From: Sphyrna mokarran
Taxonomy: Eukaryota
DNA length: 64,000 nt
Assembly: GCA_024679065.1 (NCBI GenBank)
Contig: JAGIQG010000004.1
Coordinates: 73,222,001 to 73,286,000 of the forward strand
Direction of reading: 5' to 3'
How positions within the stretch are numbered: position 1 is the first letter of the stretch; each line of letters starts with the position of its first letter. The notes below the pieces were generated by a model. That model made no database searches. It saw only the letters and a program-made list of their open reading frames with translations, and was not told where the DNA came from. The position numbers and the translations under genes were made by a program. Below, in pieces: positions 37,998-50,674 of the stretch.

Positions 37998-39990
37998 TAA
38001 AAGCAGGTCAGATCACATCAGGTCACATCTGCAGAAAGAGTTAATGTTTAGGTCAATGACCTTTCATCGGAACTGAGGAAAATAGAAATGTATTAGGTTT
38101 AAGCAAATGAAAGGGGAGAGATCAGGAAGAACAAAAGGAAAGGTCGATAATAGACTGGAAAGCAGGAGAGATTAAATGACAAAAGATTTTATGCTACAAC
38201 AAACACAATGATTCATAATGGATAAAGCAAACATACGATGTGAATGGTTGGATAACAGCTACCCAAATGAAAATGTAAGGAATAACAAAAGAATAAAAAA
38301 TGAATCAGAAAAACAGAACATGAAATGAAGTGAGGAGAAAGATTATGATCTAAAATAGTTGAATCAATGTTGAGTCAAGAAGGTTGTTGAGTCCTGAGCC
38401 AAATAATGAGCTGTTCCTCAACTTAGTGTGGAATTTCATTAGAACACTGCAGCAAGTCAAGGACAGAAAGATCAGAATGGGGACAAGATGGAGGATTGAA
38501 ATGATAAGTGACAGGCAGCTCAAGCTCATGCTTGTGGACTGAATGGTTTTTCCGCAAAGTGGTCACCCAGTCTGTGTATGCTGTCTGTTAGACAGGATTC
38601 AAAATACTGGGACTAAAACACTAATAAAGACTATTAAAACAGAGTGGATTAATTTCAGATCAGAATCACAGACTGCCTTATAAGTATATTTTACAGAGGT
38701 ACTGTTTATGTAGGAACACATATAATCATAGTTATTTAAACATGTATTTCTGAAAGTGTGTTATTGAAAAACCATACATCTTGGTTAATGATTCAGAGTT
38801 CTAAGGCATCATGGAAAGTAGTCAAGTAAAGTGAACTATATTCTTTATAATAATACACTCACAGAAACATAGCTCTTGTCAGCATGTGTTCCAGACTATT
38901 CTCAGGAGTGGAATATTCAGTCAAGAACAAAGCTAGTGATTCCAGACAGCTTAACGAATAGACAAAGCATTACGTCAGACAAGAGAAGCAAGCAACACTG
39001 GCTATGGGAAAGACAGTCAGAAATCACTTACAACCACTGTTCCCATGCTGTCAGAAGATAAATGTAACTGCCGATGTATATGGCATCTGCTAATAATGAT
39101 TCACCTAATGATGACTGGTTCATGTCTGGCTGGGATCTGCCAGGGGGTGGGGAAAATTACTTTTGGAAATTGTATAATTATATTGCCAATGTGTTGAAGT
39201 TCAGAGACATGTCGGAATGCTCAGTACTTTCCTCCCAGTGTACGTTGGTCAATAAAGAATGTCTGTCATCAGGATACTGTCGTCACGAGTCTGTGTGTTA
39301 GTCAAAGTTCAGCTCAATACTTAGTCTCTGGAAAAAGATCTCCAATAGGATTGGTGCTGTGTAGGAGAGTGACTCACCAGATCCCAACAGCAAGGTACAT
39401 CTCCAAGATGGATGAGTGTATTTCTTCATTTACCACCCAGTAGATAGAGGAGTTATGTGGCAGGCTGCTGGAACCGTAAGCTGAGCGATCTGGACACTGG
39501 GGAGAACACCCTATTCTTAGTCCCATAGTTTCCCCAGTGTACCTCATTATGAACAGCAAATAAAGTATACTAAATGGAAACAAATACAGTAAATTGCTGT
39601 TTCACTTGGAAGGAATGTTTGGAGCCTTGGATAGTGAGATGAGATTAAAGGACAGGTTTTGCAACCATTGGACTTGCATAGACAAGCTCTAGGATGAACG
39701 AAAGTCTTTTGATGGTGAGTGAGGAGTGGATCAAGGTGTCACAGAGGGAACAGTCCCAATCTGACTTTTCCATCCTTGGTGTGTTTCAATGAAATTCAGT
39801 ACTAGCTCGAAGAAAAGCATCTCACCTTTTGACGTGGTTATGGCTTTCACACCATAAAGCCTTTTGCCATTTAATCTGTCTTTTCTTTCACCCTATCACA
39901 GACCTTCCCCTTGTGTTTTTCTGCCCTTCTTTCAGCTGTTCAAAACTTATTACATTCATATTTTTCATCAATTCTGCAACATTAAACCGT
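37998..39990 (-). mobile_element. Penelope-like element (second family) with GIY-YIG relic and inverted terminal copy
   Basis: Minus: SLCDTLIHS..CKTCP..IQGSKHSFQVKQQFT..YTGET | HRLGDHFA..LPVTYHFN..EEQLI; 38075-38190 is an inverted copy of 39850-39965. Confidence 0.8.
38586..39527 (+). mobile_element. LTR-like insertion (~940 bp) splitting the PLE endonuclease
   Basis: Starts TGTTAG; AATAAA near 39251; lies exactly between the GET and RLGD motifs; TSD not clean. Confidence 0.5.
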
Positions 39991-41039
39991 TTTCAGATTT
40001 ACAGTATTTTGTTTTGATGCTGGAAGCAATGCATGCATGCTGATGGAAAGACAATGAACAGAGCATAAGGTTGCCTTCTCCATGGATGGTTTCACCAACC
40101 ACCATCTTGAAAAGGAAAGGTGTTACTACATGACCTGCTGACATTGAGACAATTATAAAGATTTCAACAGATCTCGAAGCCCAAGCCAAGCTTAAATGCA
40201 GTTTTAAAACTATTTTTATGGAGTTAACATGGTGCAAGTCTTCATCTTTAATAAGAGTGACACATTTTTGTTTCAATCAACACAATCCTAATTCATAAAA
40301 TAAAACTTTTGAAACTCCAGGTTTTATACACATTGTTTGATTCCCCGGCATATAACAGTTTGTCATTTCCTAAAGCCATGGTTTGTGCCTGGAACCATTC
40401 GGGGAGAATCCAACAAATCAAACACAAAATTTTGATCATATATGGGAATGAAAATGGTATTTCCCCAAATCTGGTTAAGAATGAAATTATACTGCACCTT
40501 TTGCTTGACAGATTAGTCTAGCTCGCTGCTAATTAAATGCATTGACATCCAGTTGTGCAGATATATGACTGGTCTTTTTAATAAATGGTTATTTCAGCCA
40601 ATCACAGATGTTTGCACTACTGAAGCTTGATATTTTCGAGGCCGCACCTCCTTACAAAGTGTGATGATACCTTTGAAAGGTGTCATTCTGTGGACATCAG
40701 CTAGTCACAAGTCTTTTAATCATATACTGCTTTAAGTTCCACATCTCCTTACTATTTTTATTCTTTGTGGCACAGCACTAGCACATTCAGTATTGCATTT
40801 GAATTCAGACTGACAGCAGATTCGGAAACAGCCTGACCTTGAAGTTGTCATGCATTTCAGCATGTGCAGCAAGTAAAGCTTGCTGCAGCACAATCAATTC
40901 CCAAGAGAATTTAAGCTGAAAAAGTGGATTTACAAACTTAACAGTGATGATGTCATTACATCAGGCAGCACTGTAAATAATACCAACTGTGTTGAAGACC
41001 AATTTCTAAGCAGCCAATGTCCTTTTAATTATAGCCCCA

Positions 41040-41375
41040 CTTGCACTGGGGGATATGTTGCCCTGTGTGAAGTGCTGTCCTTCAGATATGACATTAAAGT
41101 GAGAATCTATTTGCTCTCTCTGGTGGACATAAAGGTTCTTCAGGCATTATTTCATTGACAACAGGGCAATCTTCCCAATGTTCTGACTAATTCACCTTTC
41201 AAACAATATCATAAAAACAAAGATCCTGTCATTTATCGCACTGCAATTTATGGAAGGGTGCTGCATGCAAAATGGCTGACATGTCCCACAACAGTGACTG
41301 CACTTCAGAAATACTTAAGTAACTTCCAAGATTTTGGGACATTCTGAGTTCACAAAATGTGTTAAATAAATCTTT
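41040..41375 (+). mobile_element. DeuSINE (SacSINE1-like), Deu domain plus tail
   Basis: gtgctgtccttcagatatgacattaaag..ggtggacataaagg..aaaatggctg..caacagtgactgcacttcag..ttttgggacattctgag. Confidence 0.75.
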
Positions 41376-41647
41376 TTTATTTGTAAAACCTTTAATGTGC
41401 ACAGATAGCCACTCCATGCCACTATCACAATATAGTTGGTTTGAGGAACACCAGGCATTGTGAACAACCAGTGTCACTGCTGCAGCCTTATGGTTTTTGG
41501 TATTAGAAAACACTTCAGCAATGAGAAGGGAGGTCAGTTATACGTGGGATGAAACACTAACCATAGTTAAAACATAATAAACATGTCTCTGACTAAAAAT
41601 GAGGGAGTGAGATTACGAGGCAGTGAAGTTACAGCTAACATTCAACA

Positions 41648-41747
41648 CAAAAACAGAAAATGCTGGAAAATCTCAGCAGGTCTGACAGCATTTGTGGAGA
41701 GAGAATGGAGCTAACGTTTCGAGTTTGGATGACCTTCCATCAGAGCT
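41648..41747 (-). mobile_element. Penelope tail with hammerhead-like motif (core variant CUGAUGG)
   Basis: Minus: agct-ctgatgg-aaggtcatccaaactc-gaaa-cgtt-agct..cacaaatgctgtcagacctgctgagattttccagcattttctgtttt. Confidence 0.8.
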
Positions 41748-42070
41748 CTGTGATGATGGAGGTAGATCAAAAAGCAAATGGCAAGGATTATCTGAACCAG
41801 GTCTGTCACAAGTTTGGGATTATACACAATGACTATGTTGGTCTACAGTACTCTGCAAACAAAGGGAAGACACTTTGGCTGAACTTGAGGAACTGAATCT
41901 CTCAAAGATCAAAGGGATGCTTCTTTAGATTCAAGCTCCAAATCAATTTTCTCACGGAGCCTCATCTCTTACTTCAGGAACAAAGAACACACTAGTCTTT
42001 CCTGCATGTCCGTGTTGACCTGTCAAGTGAGTGCCTACATAGTTCATCTATGGGGGAGGAAACCATTCAG
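41747..42070 (+). pseudogene. MYLIP: Processed pseudogene fragment of the MYLIP (IDOL) E3 ligase FERM domain
   Basis: One frame: [86 protein letters not shown] vs recalled human [91 protein letters not shown]; stops at 41894 and 41993; no introns. Confidence 0.9.
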
Positions 42071-42124
42071 TCTGTCATGTTAATACTGCTCTGCAAGAGT
42101 AAATCTGCCAGCCTGCCAGATCCT

Positions 42125-42900
42125 TGCTCCATTTGCAAATTGCCTTAAAAGGTGCCCGCTGGTTCCCAAACCTTCCAATAATGGGAACAGGTTCTCCCCA
42201 TCTATTTCTCTCCTCACCCCTCATGATTTTGACCTGTAGCAAATCTCCTCTCAACATTCTCTTCTCCAAGAAGAAAAACTCCATCTTCTCCAATCTATCC
42301 ACATAATTAAAACCTTCAATCTCTGGAATAATTCATATTCTTTTCTCTGCCCTTTCTAAAGTGTTCACATCCTTCCTGAAGTGCACTGCTCAGAATTCAA
42401 CATCATACTCAAGCTGAAGTCAAGCCAATGTTTTGTAAATGTTCGTCATAACTTCCTTGCTCTTGTACTCTGTTCTTCAATTCATAAAACCCAAGATTCC
42501 ATTTTGCTTTTTGGCCTCTTTCTCAACCTGCCCTGTCAGCTTCAACAATTTTTGCAGACATACCTTAAGCTTCTCTGCTTCTGCACCACTTTAGAATTGT
42601 TTCCCTTTTATTGCGTCCCCTCATTTTCCCTAGCAAGATTTACCTATTCACTTTTCTACAGTAAATTTTGTCTGTTATGTGTCTGCATATTCAATAAGCC
42701 TGTTTATGTCCCCTTAAGGTCTTGCAGTTTGCGCTTTTTCCAAGTTTTATCTGCAAATTTGGAAAATGTGTCCTGTATACTCAAGTCTACATCATGACCA
42801 TATATCAAGAAAAGCAAAGGTCCTAATACTCCTCACTGAGGAGCATTTTTGTACAGTTTTTTCTGATATGTTTCCTGCCAACTTTGTAAAGAAACAACCA
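42125..42900 (-). mobile_element. CR1 LINE fragment
   Basis: MDRLEKMEFFFLEKRMLRGDL ORF; FADKT-like motif near 42750. Confidence 0.8.
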
Positions 42901-44724
42901 TTTTCCCCTTCAACTCATCAGAGCCAACATCACGTTAACACAACCTCAGACTGAATCAAGCAACAAGTCTCTCGACTTTCATTCTACTATTACATCCTTT
43001 CTTGTTTTCTGATTGAATGAATACTTTAATGATTGTGCCAAATTTCTCAGTCTTTCTGGCATCCTTCTTATTGTGAAAGCAAGCCTTGTCTCTATGTCAT
43101 GCATGCTAATACTTTCCTAGGATCTTCCGAGAAGCAGAATCACTGCGGCTTGTCGCTGTGCACTTTCTTCATCAGCTCACAGGCAGCTTCCAAGTTCTCA
43201 CAACTTCTCATGCAACAACTATTGGCACAAACCAGGGCAAAGATTCTCAGTAACAAAACTTTACATTTAGCTGAGTGGTAGCAATTACAAACTACAGGCA
43301 AGTGTCATGTGATCAGAACCAGCGTGATTAACCATAAAAGATTAAAACATCTATTGAAAGATGGCAAATCTAAATCCAGGTCAGACTGATGGGGGGGAAA
43401 TTATAATCTCTCAGATTGATCTGAGAGCCCTACGTAAAAATGACTTCCAGCTGTCAGAATCTAACATCAAGATTTGTAGCCATAAACTGATGATTCAAAG
43501 AAACTGTGAGTATGATTAGGGAACGAGGAAAACTAACACTGCTGGAGGAGACCATGCCCCCAGTTCGGCTGAATACGCTACTATTTTCATTTCTTCTTTT
43601 GGAGAACAATGTGAAGTCATTGAAGGACTCACATGCTGATTTTATAGTCTGATCGGTCATGTATGATGTGAACAACTATACCAGCCAAAAGGATGGTCAA
43701 GTACAGAGGTTGGGGGAGGGGGCAGTTGCATTTATGGGGTCTCACAGCCCATACAATGAGCATGCCACTCAGATCCACCAAAAGAAAGTACTACTCTAGA
43801 TGTCAATCCATATTTGTGAACAAGAGCTCCAGTCTATGAAGCAGAGTTTGGACTCTCTGATTCCAAGGCAGGAATGCTACCTTTAAACTAAAGGTTCAGT
43901 CCACCAGTTTGGGGGGGAGGCAGAAAAAAAGCCAAATAGTTTTATTTTTGCATACTGTGCTTTTAAACTTTTATTTCAGATACTCGATGACCGACCTCTG
44001 CAGGTCATACCATGTCCTTTATGTTGTTAAAACTATATACCAATGGAAGATTCTTCGGTTCAGATTTATTTTTAAATCACAGCCAGCTGTCAGCACAAAT
44101 GCCAGGATAAATGCCTCATCACAATCGAGAATAAAATGGTGCTAGTCTAAAAATAGCTCGAGGATCAGAGTGCTGACATGGAGTGGGAAATATTCAATTT
44201 CAAAGGGTTGAAATCCCTCTACATGATAAGCACAATAGTTCAACATACAAATAACCTCATCAGCAAACAGTCCACTTTGGTTTTCAATGCAAGCAGATGA
44301 AGAAAATGGATTTCCCTCTGTCGAGTTTTACAATAATTTAGGAAGTGATTTTTCAGTAAAATCACCTGTAAAATTTTCAGGGCATAAACATTTGAAAATG
44401 TTGTGGTATGAAGCAAATATTTTATAATTCCCCTTACTTACTTACTGCAGGACTCATTGAGATATCATAGAGGAAGAACTGTGGAAAAAAATTCAAAGTT
44501 TAGTGAAGGTCTCTTGTAATATTATTTGGCAAAAAATAATTTTCATTGAACTATGCTGATGTTTCTTATGCCTAGTAACCTCCAATAGGATCTACAGTAG
44601 GAAGTAGATGACTTAATATTGCATACTACTGAAATGATCATTTCTCATCTCATTGCAGGCACAGCGACAAAGCGATGACAATATATGATAATATTATTAT
44701 ACTGACAACACAACTCTTCTTCTG

Positions 44725-44826
44725 AACTTTGAGGAAGAAGAGTCATATTTGACTCAAAATATTAACTTGGTCTCTCCAGATGCTGCCAGACCTGTTGATA
44801 TTTTCCAGCATTTTTTGTTTTAATTA
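44725..44826 (+). mobile_element. Penelope tail fragment
   Basis: gaagaagagtcatatttgactcaaaat (stem gagtc/gactc, core decayed)..cagatgctgccagacctg..ttttccagcatttt. Confidence 0.7.
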
Positions 44827-45354
44827 TAAATGGGAACTCCGTTTGTAAGGAAGTTGGGGTCAAGAGCCATTTTTCCTCTAATTTCTCTTTGTTGTGCATG
44901 GCCCACCTGTTGTACTGCATGGTCTCTTTAACATTGCTGTTCCTTGTCCGTGCTCTGTTTGTTCTTCCTTGACTGCATTCTTGATTCCTGTGCAGAGCAG
45001 TGCCTGCACAGCTGAGATTGACATTGGCAATATTTTCTTCCAGGAGGGTGCGATGATGGCAGATGCAAAGAAGAGAAGGACAGTACCCAAAGAGAGAGAA
45101 CCAATACTAATATATTTAAATAAATATCAGGACTGTCCATTGTTGAACATAATTCTTAATTTTATATGCTGTAATATTATACTGCTCCTTGACCTGCTGT
45201 TCTAAGTTAGTCTTCTTGATTAAGATTGGAGTTCAGCTGGAATTTTATACTGCCACCAGAAGTATATTGAAAGGGGGAAGGAGGCATAAAATTGGGTGTC
45301 GCGGTAGCCATGTCCAAAGCCTATGCATAATCAAAAGTTTGTTTAGAAAGAGCA

Positions 45355-45602
45355 GAATCATAGAATCATACAGCGCAGAAGAGGCCTTTTGGGCCATCAA
45401 GCCGCATGTTAGAGACACCTGAACTCCTACTTAATCCCATCTGCCAGCACTTGGAATAGCTCTGAATATTATGATGTGCCAAGTCCATATCCAGATACTT
45501 TTAAAGAACATGATGAACCCACCTCCAGACCGTCACCACTGTTTGGGTAGAAGTGTTTTTCCTCACATCCCCCCTAAACCTGCTGTCCCTCACCTTGAAC
45601 CT
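45355..45602 (-). mobile_element. HER1/CR1 3' tail
   Basis: agaatcatagaatcatacagcgcagaagaggcc..ccagcacttgg; similar to 7497-7760. Confidence 0.8.
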
Positions 45603-46534
45603 ACGCAGTAGGCATTGAGCAGCCTACTTGCCCTTGAGCAAACTGAAGCCTGTAAGTTAGTGATCTCCTTCCCGATTGCTAGGATATCTTCTGTAGCAAG
45701 GGCAGCAATGCCAAGTGCCCAAGCCAAAGGTCTTGACTGCGCCAGTTGGGTTTGCTTCCAGTTTGGACATCTGTGGTATTTCTTCCCCACCACATTCCCC
45801 TACACTGCACTCTCCACCACCACCAGTCAACCCATTCCCCCCATCCCCAACTATACTAGCCCCCTACTCTTCACAAAGGCCTACAAGCCTGCCTCCAGCA
45901 TGAGCCCAGACTCCATATTACTTTCCTTTTCGGGAGAAGTATCTGCAGCCCCCACTGCCAGCAGTACTATTGGGACAGGAAGTAGACTAACCATTTGATT
46001 GGCTGACAGCTTATGGGCGTTGGATGTCATCTCAGATGAGAGCGGAAGGTTCACCTTTAATTAGTTAATGGTCTGAGACCATAATTTATCTGCAAAGTGA
46101 GGCTGTTAAGCAGAAGTCCCAATTTTTATATTGGGACAGGAACCGTACCAACAGAGTAAAATTGAGGTTTAGGGTCTTAATTTTTCTATTCACGAATCAG
46201 CAAGCTACTTAGTCAAACTAGAACTGTAGCCATCTTTATTAAAATTTATATTTATTTACAAAGTTACACATTACAAGAATGCACTTCTAAATCCCAACAG
46301 CCATGGTTTTATTCGACATCTATTTACATGGACTTAAATAAACTTCCAACTTAATGTCCATCAGCAGCACAAAATGAAAAGCAATTAATAAAAAGTTAAA
46401 AGATTTCTATCTCACTTTCAATAAAAAGTTAACGTGCACAACTAAAATTTAAAAGCAAATTAAATCAAAAGCCTCCTTATTCTCTACATGTTTCAGAAAC
46501 ACCTCTCTATAAAGGACTACCCAACAGAAACATG

Positions 46535-46656
46535 TGGCAGGATTTTACGGCCTTACTCATCCCTAAAACATAAAATCTCCCCAAGGTCAATGGATCCACT
46601 GTCCCCTCCTCACCCACACCAACTCCTGTGGCGGGTGGGATGGTAAAGTTCCAGTG
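46535..46656. mobile_element. MITE (Harbinger-type) nested in the copia RT
   Basis: tggcaggattttac...gtaaagttccagtg; ATG TSD at 46532-46534 and 46657-46659. Confidence 0.75.
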
Positions 46657-47320
46657 ATGGTTTTTATCTCGACTCATTTACACTCTCATGAATATGTCGC
46701 CAAAGAAGCCAAAGATATTTGAAAAAGTTTACTTTTGCAGTTATAGGAGAGTCTACTTTAATATCTTTATCACCTAGCTACAAGGACTTCTTCAGTACAA
46801 ACACATCTATGCAACAAAACTATCTGAAAGATTTCATTTATAATGGACTGGTTTCGTGTGTTAAATATTCAATTACCAGAGGTTCAGTAAATTGATTATC
46901 AATTGCGTAAAATTTATCTGATAACTCAGAATGAATACCAACCTCTTTCCAGCTATCTAGTTCCCTTTATCTTGCTTTTTTTATTAGTTTATCCTTACAT
47001 TTATTGGCAGCCACAAAACTTCATCATCAAAAGGACTGCTGCTTCTATTTCTGCTCGGAGACTAGTCTGTGGCCATTGTTCCATTGTACAATCCAATTAA
47101 ACTACAGCCTCTACTTTCACTTTTATGTCTACCAAGATTATAACTGCAGGATCTTCCTCTTCCACTGTCAGATGTTCTCTCTCCAAACAGAATCATTTTC
47201 TCATACAGACATCACTTCCAGACCTACTAAGTTTTTGGACTGTGCTTTCTTATTCTCTGCTCTTTCATCCAATTATATCAATCCATGGGCCTCACTTCTC
47301 AGCCATCATTCTGAACATTC

Positions 47321-47664
47321 ATAGAATCACTGAAACCTTACACAGAAGAAAGAGGCCATTTGGCCCATCAAGTCTGCACCAACTACAATTCCCTCCAGGC
47401 CCCAGCCCCATATCTCTACATATTTACCCGCTTATCTCTCTAACCTAAGCATCTCAGGACATTAAGGGGCAATTTTTAGAATGGCCAATCAACCTAACCA
47501 CACATCTTTGGACAGTGGGAGGAAATTGAAGCACCTGGAGGAAACGCATGCAGACACGAGAAGAACGTACAAACTCTACACAGACAGTGACGCAAGCCGG
47601 GAATCAAACCCAGATCCCTCGAGCTGTGAAGCAGCAATGCTAACCACTATGCTACCATACCATC
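47321..47664 (-). mobile_element. HE1-type V-SINE nested in copia
   Basis: Head, V-domain and tail all present; CATTC TSD at 47316-47320 and 47665-47669. Confidence 0.92.
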
Positions 47665-48270
47665 CATTCGACCAACATTTAAACTTTTCCTGCACAATTG
47701 TTGCATCTGTCCATTCATTCAACTCCCCTGGGATATGTCACCACATACCCATTTTGGGCAACTGGCCTTTGGAAGAGAAAGCGCTATCCTACGTTTCATA
47801 ATTATTCACATTGTCACTACCCAACCTTGGATCTATCACATTCTGTTCCTCAGCACTTTTATCACAAAACACATCAGCTTTTCAGATATAAGATAATTAT
47901 CAGATATTCAGATTCCTGAGTTTTATAATTAATATCAATTAACCCTAATGAATAAACCTTACCAACTTGATTATCATCTTTAATAAGTATCACTTGAGCA
48001 TTATGACATTATTATCTTATCTGTTACCAGTCCTTTTGACCCTTTAGCATTACACTAAACCTGAATTAAACTCTGTGCCAGATGGTCTTACATGATACTC
48101 CAGTGTTCTCTGAATTTCCTCTGAGACATTAGCCTTGATCATTTTCTCCTTGCATGTAAAGCATTCAAATGTGCAGAAAAATGACGCTAGTTGTTTCACA
48201 TTTTAGACTTTCACACAGCGTAGAAGGTAATTTGGGATTTTGCCAATTATTAATTGGTGGGGATTATATC

Positions 48271-48560
48271 AAAGAACAAAGAACAAAACAGCACAGCAAA
48301 CAGGCCCTTTGGCCCAACGAGCCCGCGCCGCCACCCTGTTCCCACCTCTACCCGTGATCCCTGTCTATGTTAACCAAATTTGAGACAATTTAGGGAGAAT
48401 TTGTTTTACCAATTAGCCTAAGAGCACATTTTTGGGATGTGGGAGGAAACCGAAGAAAACCCATGCAAGCATGGGGAGAATGCACAAACTTCCACAGACA
48501 CAGGCCCAAATCCATGTATCCGCACAGCACAGCAATAGTCACTGAGCTGTCGTGTTGCCC
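48271..48560 (-). mobile_element. V-SINE variant (aaagaacaaagaac tail)
   Basis: ggatgtgggaggaaaccg..catggggagaatgcacaaac V-domain; caggccctttggcccaac tail. Confidence 0.75.
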
Positions 48561-48619
48561 ATCAAATGGTCCAGGTCAAGCGTACACTAATGACATGAAG
48601 CATTAGGATACTCTCGAAA

Positions 48620-49103
48620 AAATCCAAGAGCAGCCCTCTCATGACCCATCGCGTGTATGCCCCTTGTTAGACAACAAGGTGGACCAAAGCACCTGTAGGA
48701 TAAAAACAAGTACATCAATATCATTTATTTACACACTTCCCAGGGACTTCCAAGGCTCATGATCCCTATTTTAAATCAGTTTTCTATTCCCATTCTGTTC
48801 ATGTGCCCATCTAAGTATTTCTTAAATAACTCCAGAGTGCCTGCCTCTACCACTTGGCAGCGCATTCCATACCCCCACCACCCTCTGTGTGAAAAAACTC
48901 CCTCTAGCAACCAAATTACACGTTGCCCCCCTCACCCCAAGCCTGTGACCCCTCGTGCTATCTGAGTCCATCCTAGGAAAAAGCTTAACCCTGTTTATTC
49001 TATCTATACCCCTCATAATCTTGTACACCTCTATTAGATCTCCTCTAAGTCTATGTCTTTCTAAGAAAAACAGCCCCAATTTGCCTAACGTCTCCTCATA
49101 ACT
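48620..49103 (-). mobile_element. CR1 3' end nested in the copia integrase
   Basis: SYEETLGKLGLFFLERHRLRGDLIEVYKIMRG..FFTQRVVGVWNALP. Confidence 0.9.
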
Positions 49104-50674
49104 CCTCCAAGTATCTGGAGTAAGTTTTTTGCATGAACCAGTCATGCCAAGGCAGTTTACAATTTATAATCTGGTTGATCAGCTAAAATTTTAGGTAGCA
49201 TTTCTTTGATCACTGCAAGATTCCTTTGACAAAGATTGTTGGTGAAACGGCTTTCAGCGACAGTATTCATGATCATAACGTTCACATTCCCACATACCTC
49301 TGAACTCACAGTTGACAAATTTCCCTCTGCTAATCTGAAACTTGGCTGTTGTCCTAGTCTACTCATGACTTTGTCTAAAATAACCTTAGTTCTGGAACTA
49401 TATTATACTAGAGAGACTAAATTTGGTCACCAGATGGACGAACTGTAGAAAAAAAAAATTCTATCTTTGTCCCATATCCTTCGCCCTGTGGCAACTACCT
49501 CATTTCAACTGTATGTCAATGGAAGGCTTAAAATAGGATGAGGTGTTCATTTATGATACTTTTGACGATTCCACACTTCACATTAGTCTCTTGTTAGTTA
49601 AAATTGTGTACTACGTGTAATTTTGTGCCAAGTGACATTTTTTCCTCTGATTCCTGTTAAATGATGCCAATAGTTTTGTAACACTGCTGAAAAATGTCAA
49701 GTTCAGTGAAAGGATAGCATCATGCCCTGACTGGGTATCAACTGGCTCCCCAAAAATAGTTGTCTAATCATGTGACACGTCAAGCTTTGTGCTTTTTCAT
49801 ATAAGGTTCATTGAATAGCATAGTTATCTCACTAGAGAGTACATCAATACACACAAAATGGCTTTCTCCAACTACTTTACATGGAATTCCAACTATCTAA
49901 AGTTTTCTCAATTTGGTGTCATTGACAAAGATAAAGCTAGTGGTACTTGTATATTCTTTTCTCTTTCATCAACCATCATTACTTCCTCAGTCAAGACAAC
50001 ATCTTCATAAATTTTTTCCACACACTGTCAAAGTATAAGCATGATCTTGCCCTGCAATTAGCTAAGTGCATGGCTAATATATTCATCACAGAACGAAACT
50101 ATTTGTGACCAACATAATTTGTTTGGATTCAGAAATTCTCCATCAGTGTCTGTCATTTTCAGCACCCCATCTCTCCTTTTATTGCAGTTCACTGCATAAT
50201 CACACACCTGAAGTATCTAATACCTCTTTCTTGGGCATCCTTGGGATTTATTTGTCTGTTATTCGTGGTCCATTGCTGCCGGTTGCAATAATAGCCAAAT
50301 TTGCGAAAGGTCCTTTCATGCTCATTCTGCCCATCTTTATTCCTTTAATTGTATTGATACTTATGTTCGGTATCCAGATCATTTTGAAAGTTTTCTATTC
50401 TTTGCGCCACTGAGGAATGCCTCATCTGTTCCATGAAGAAGAACAGTGTTTCCTCAGGAATGTGTTCAAGGCAGAAGACATCTGATCCAATGAGATCTTC
50501 AAAAAGTGAACACCAGTCCACACATCCACTTCATTCTGCTACTGTTCACAGGGTTCTGATTCCAAGAACATCTACGGGTAATCCTAATCCAAAATTTACA
50601 CTTGCTTTGCCATTTTCCACAACATCAACTATGACTGTGGTTTTGTGCTTAGTTTCATACTCTCACCTTTAGAC

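Noticed and set aside
41660-41896. 78-aa ORF as a real small gene
   Set aside because: Its N-terminus is antisense Penelope tail, and the MYLIP part ends at a nonsense mutation
44878-45090. Exon or Myb/SANT-like coding fragment
   Set aside because: Resemblance too weak and no good acceptor/donor pair
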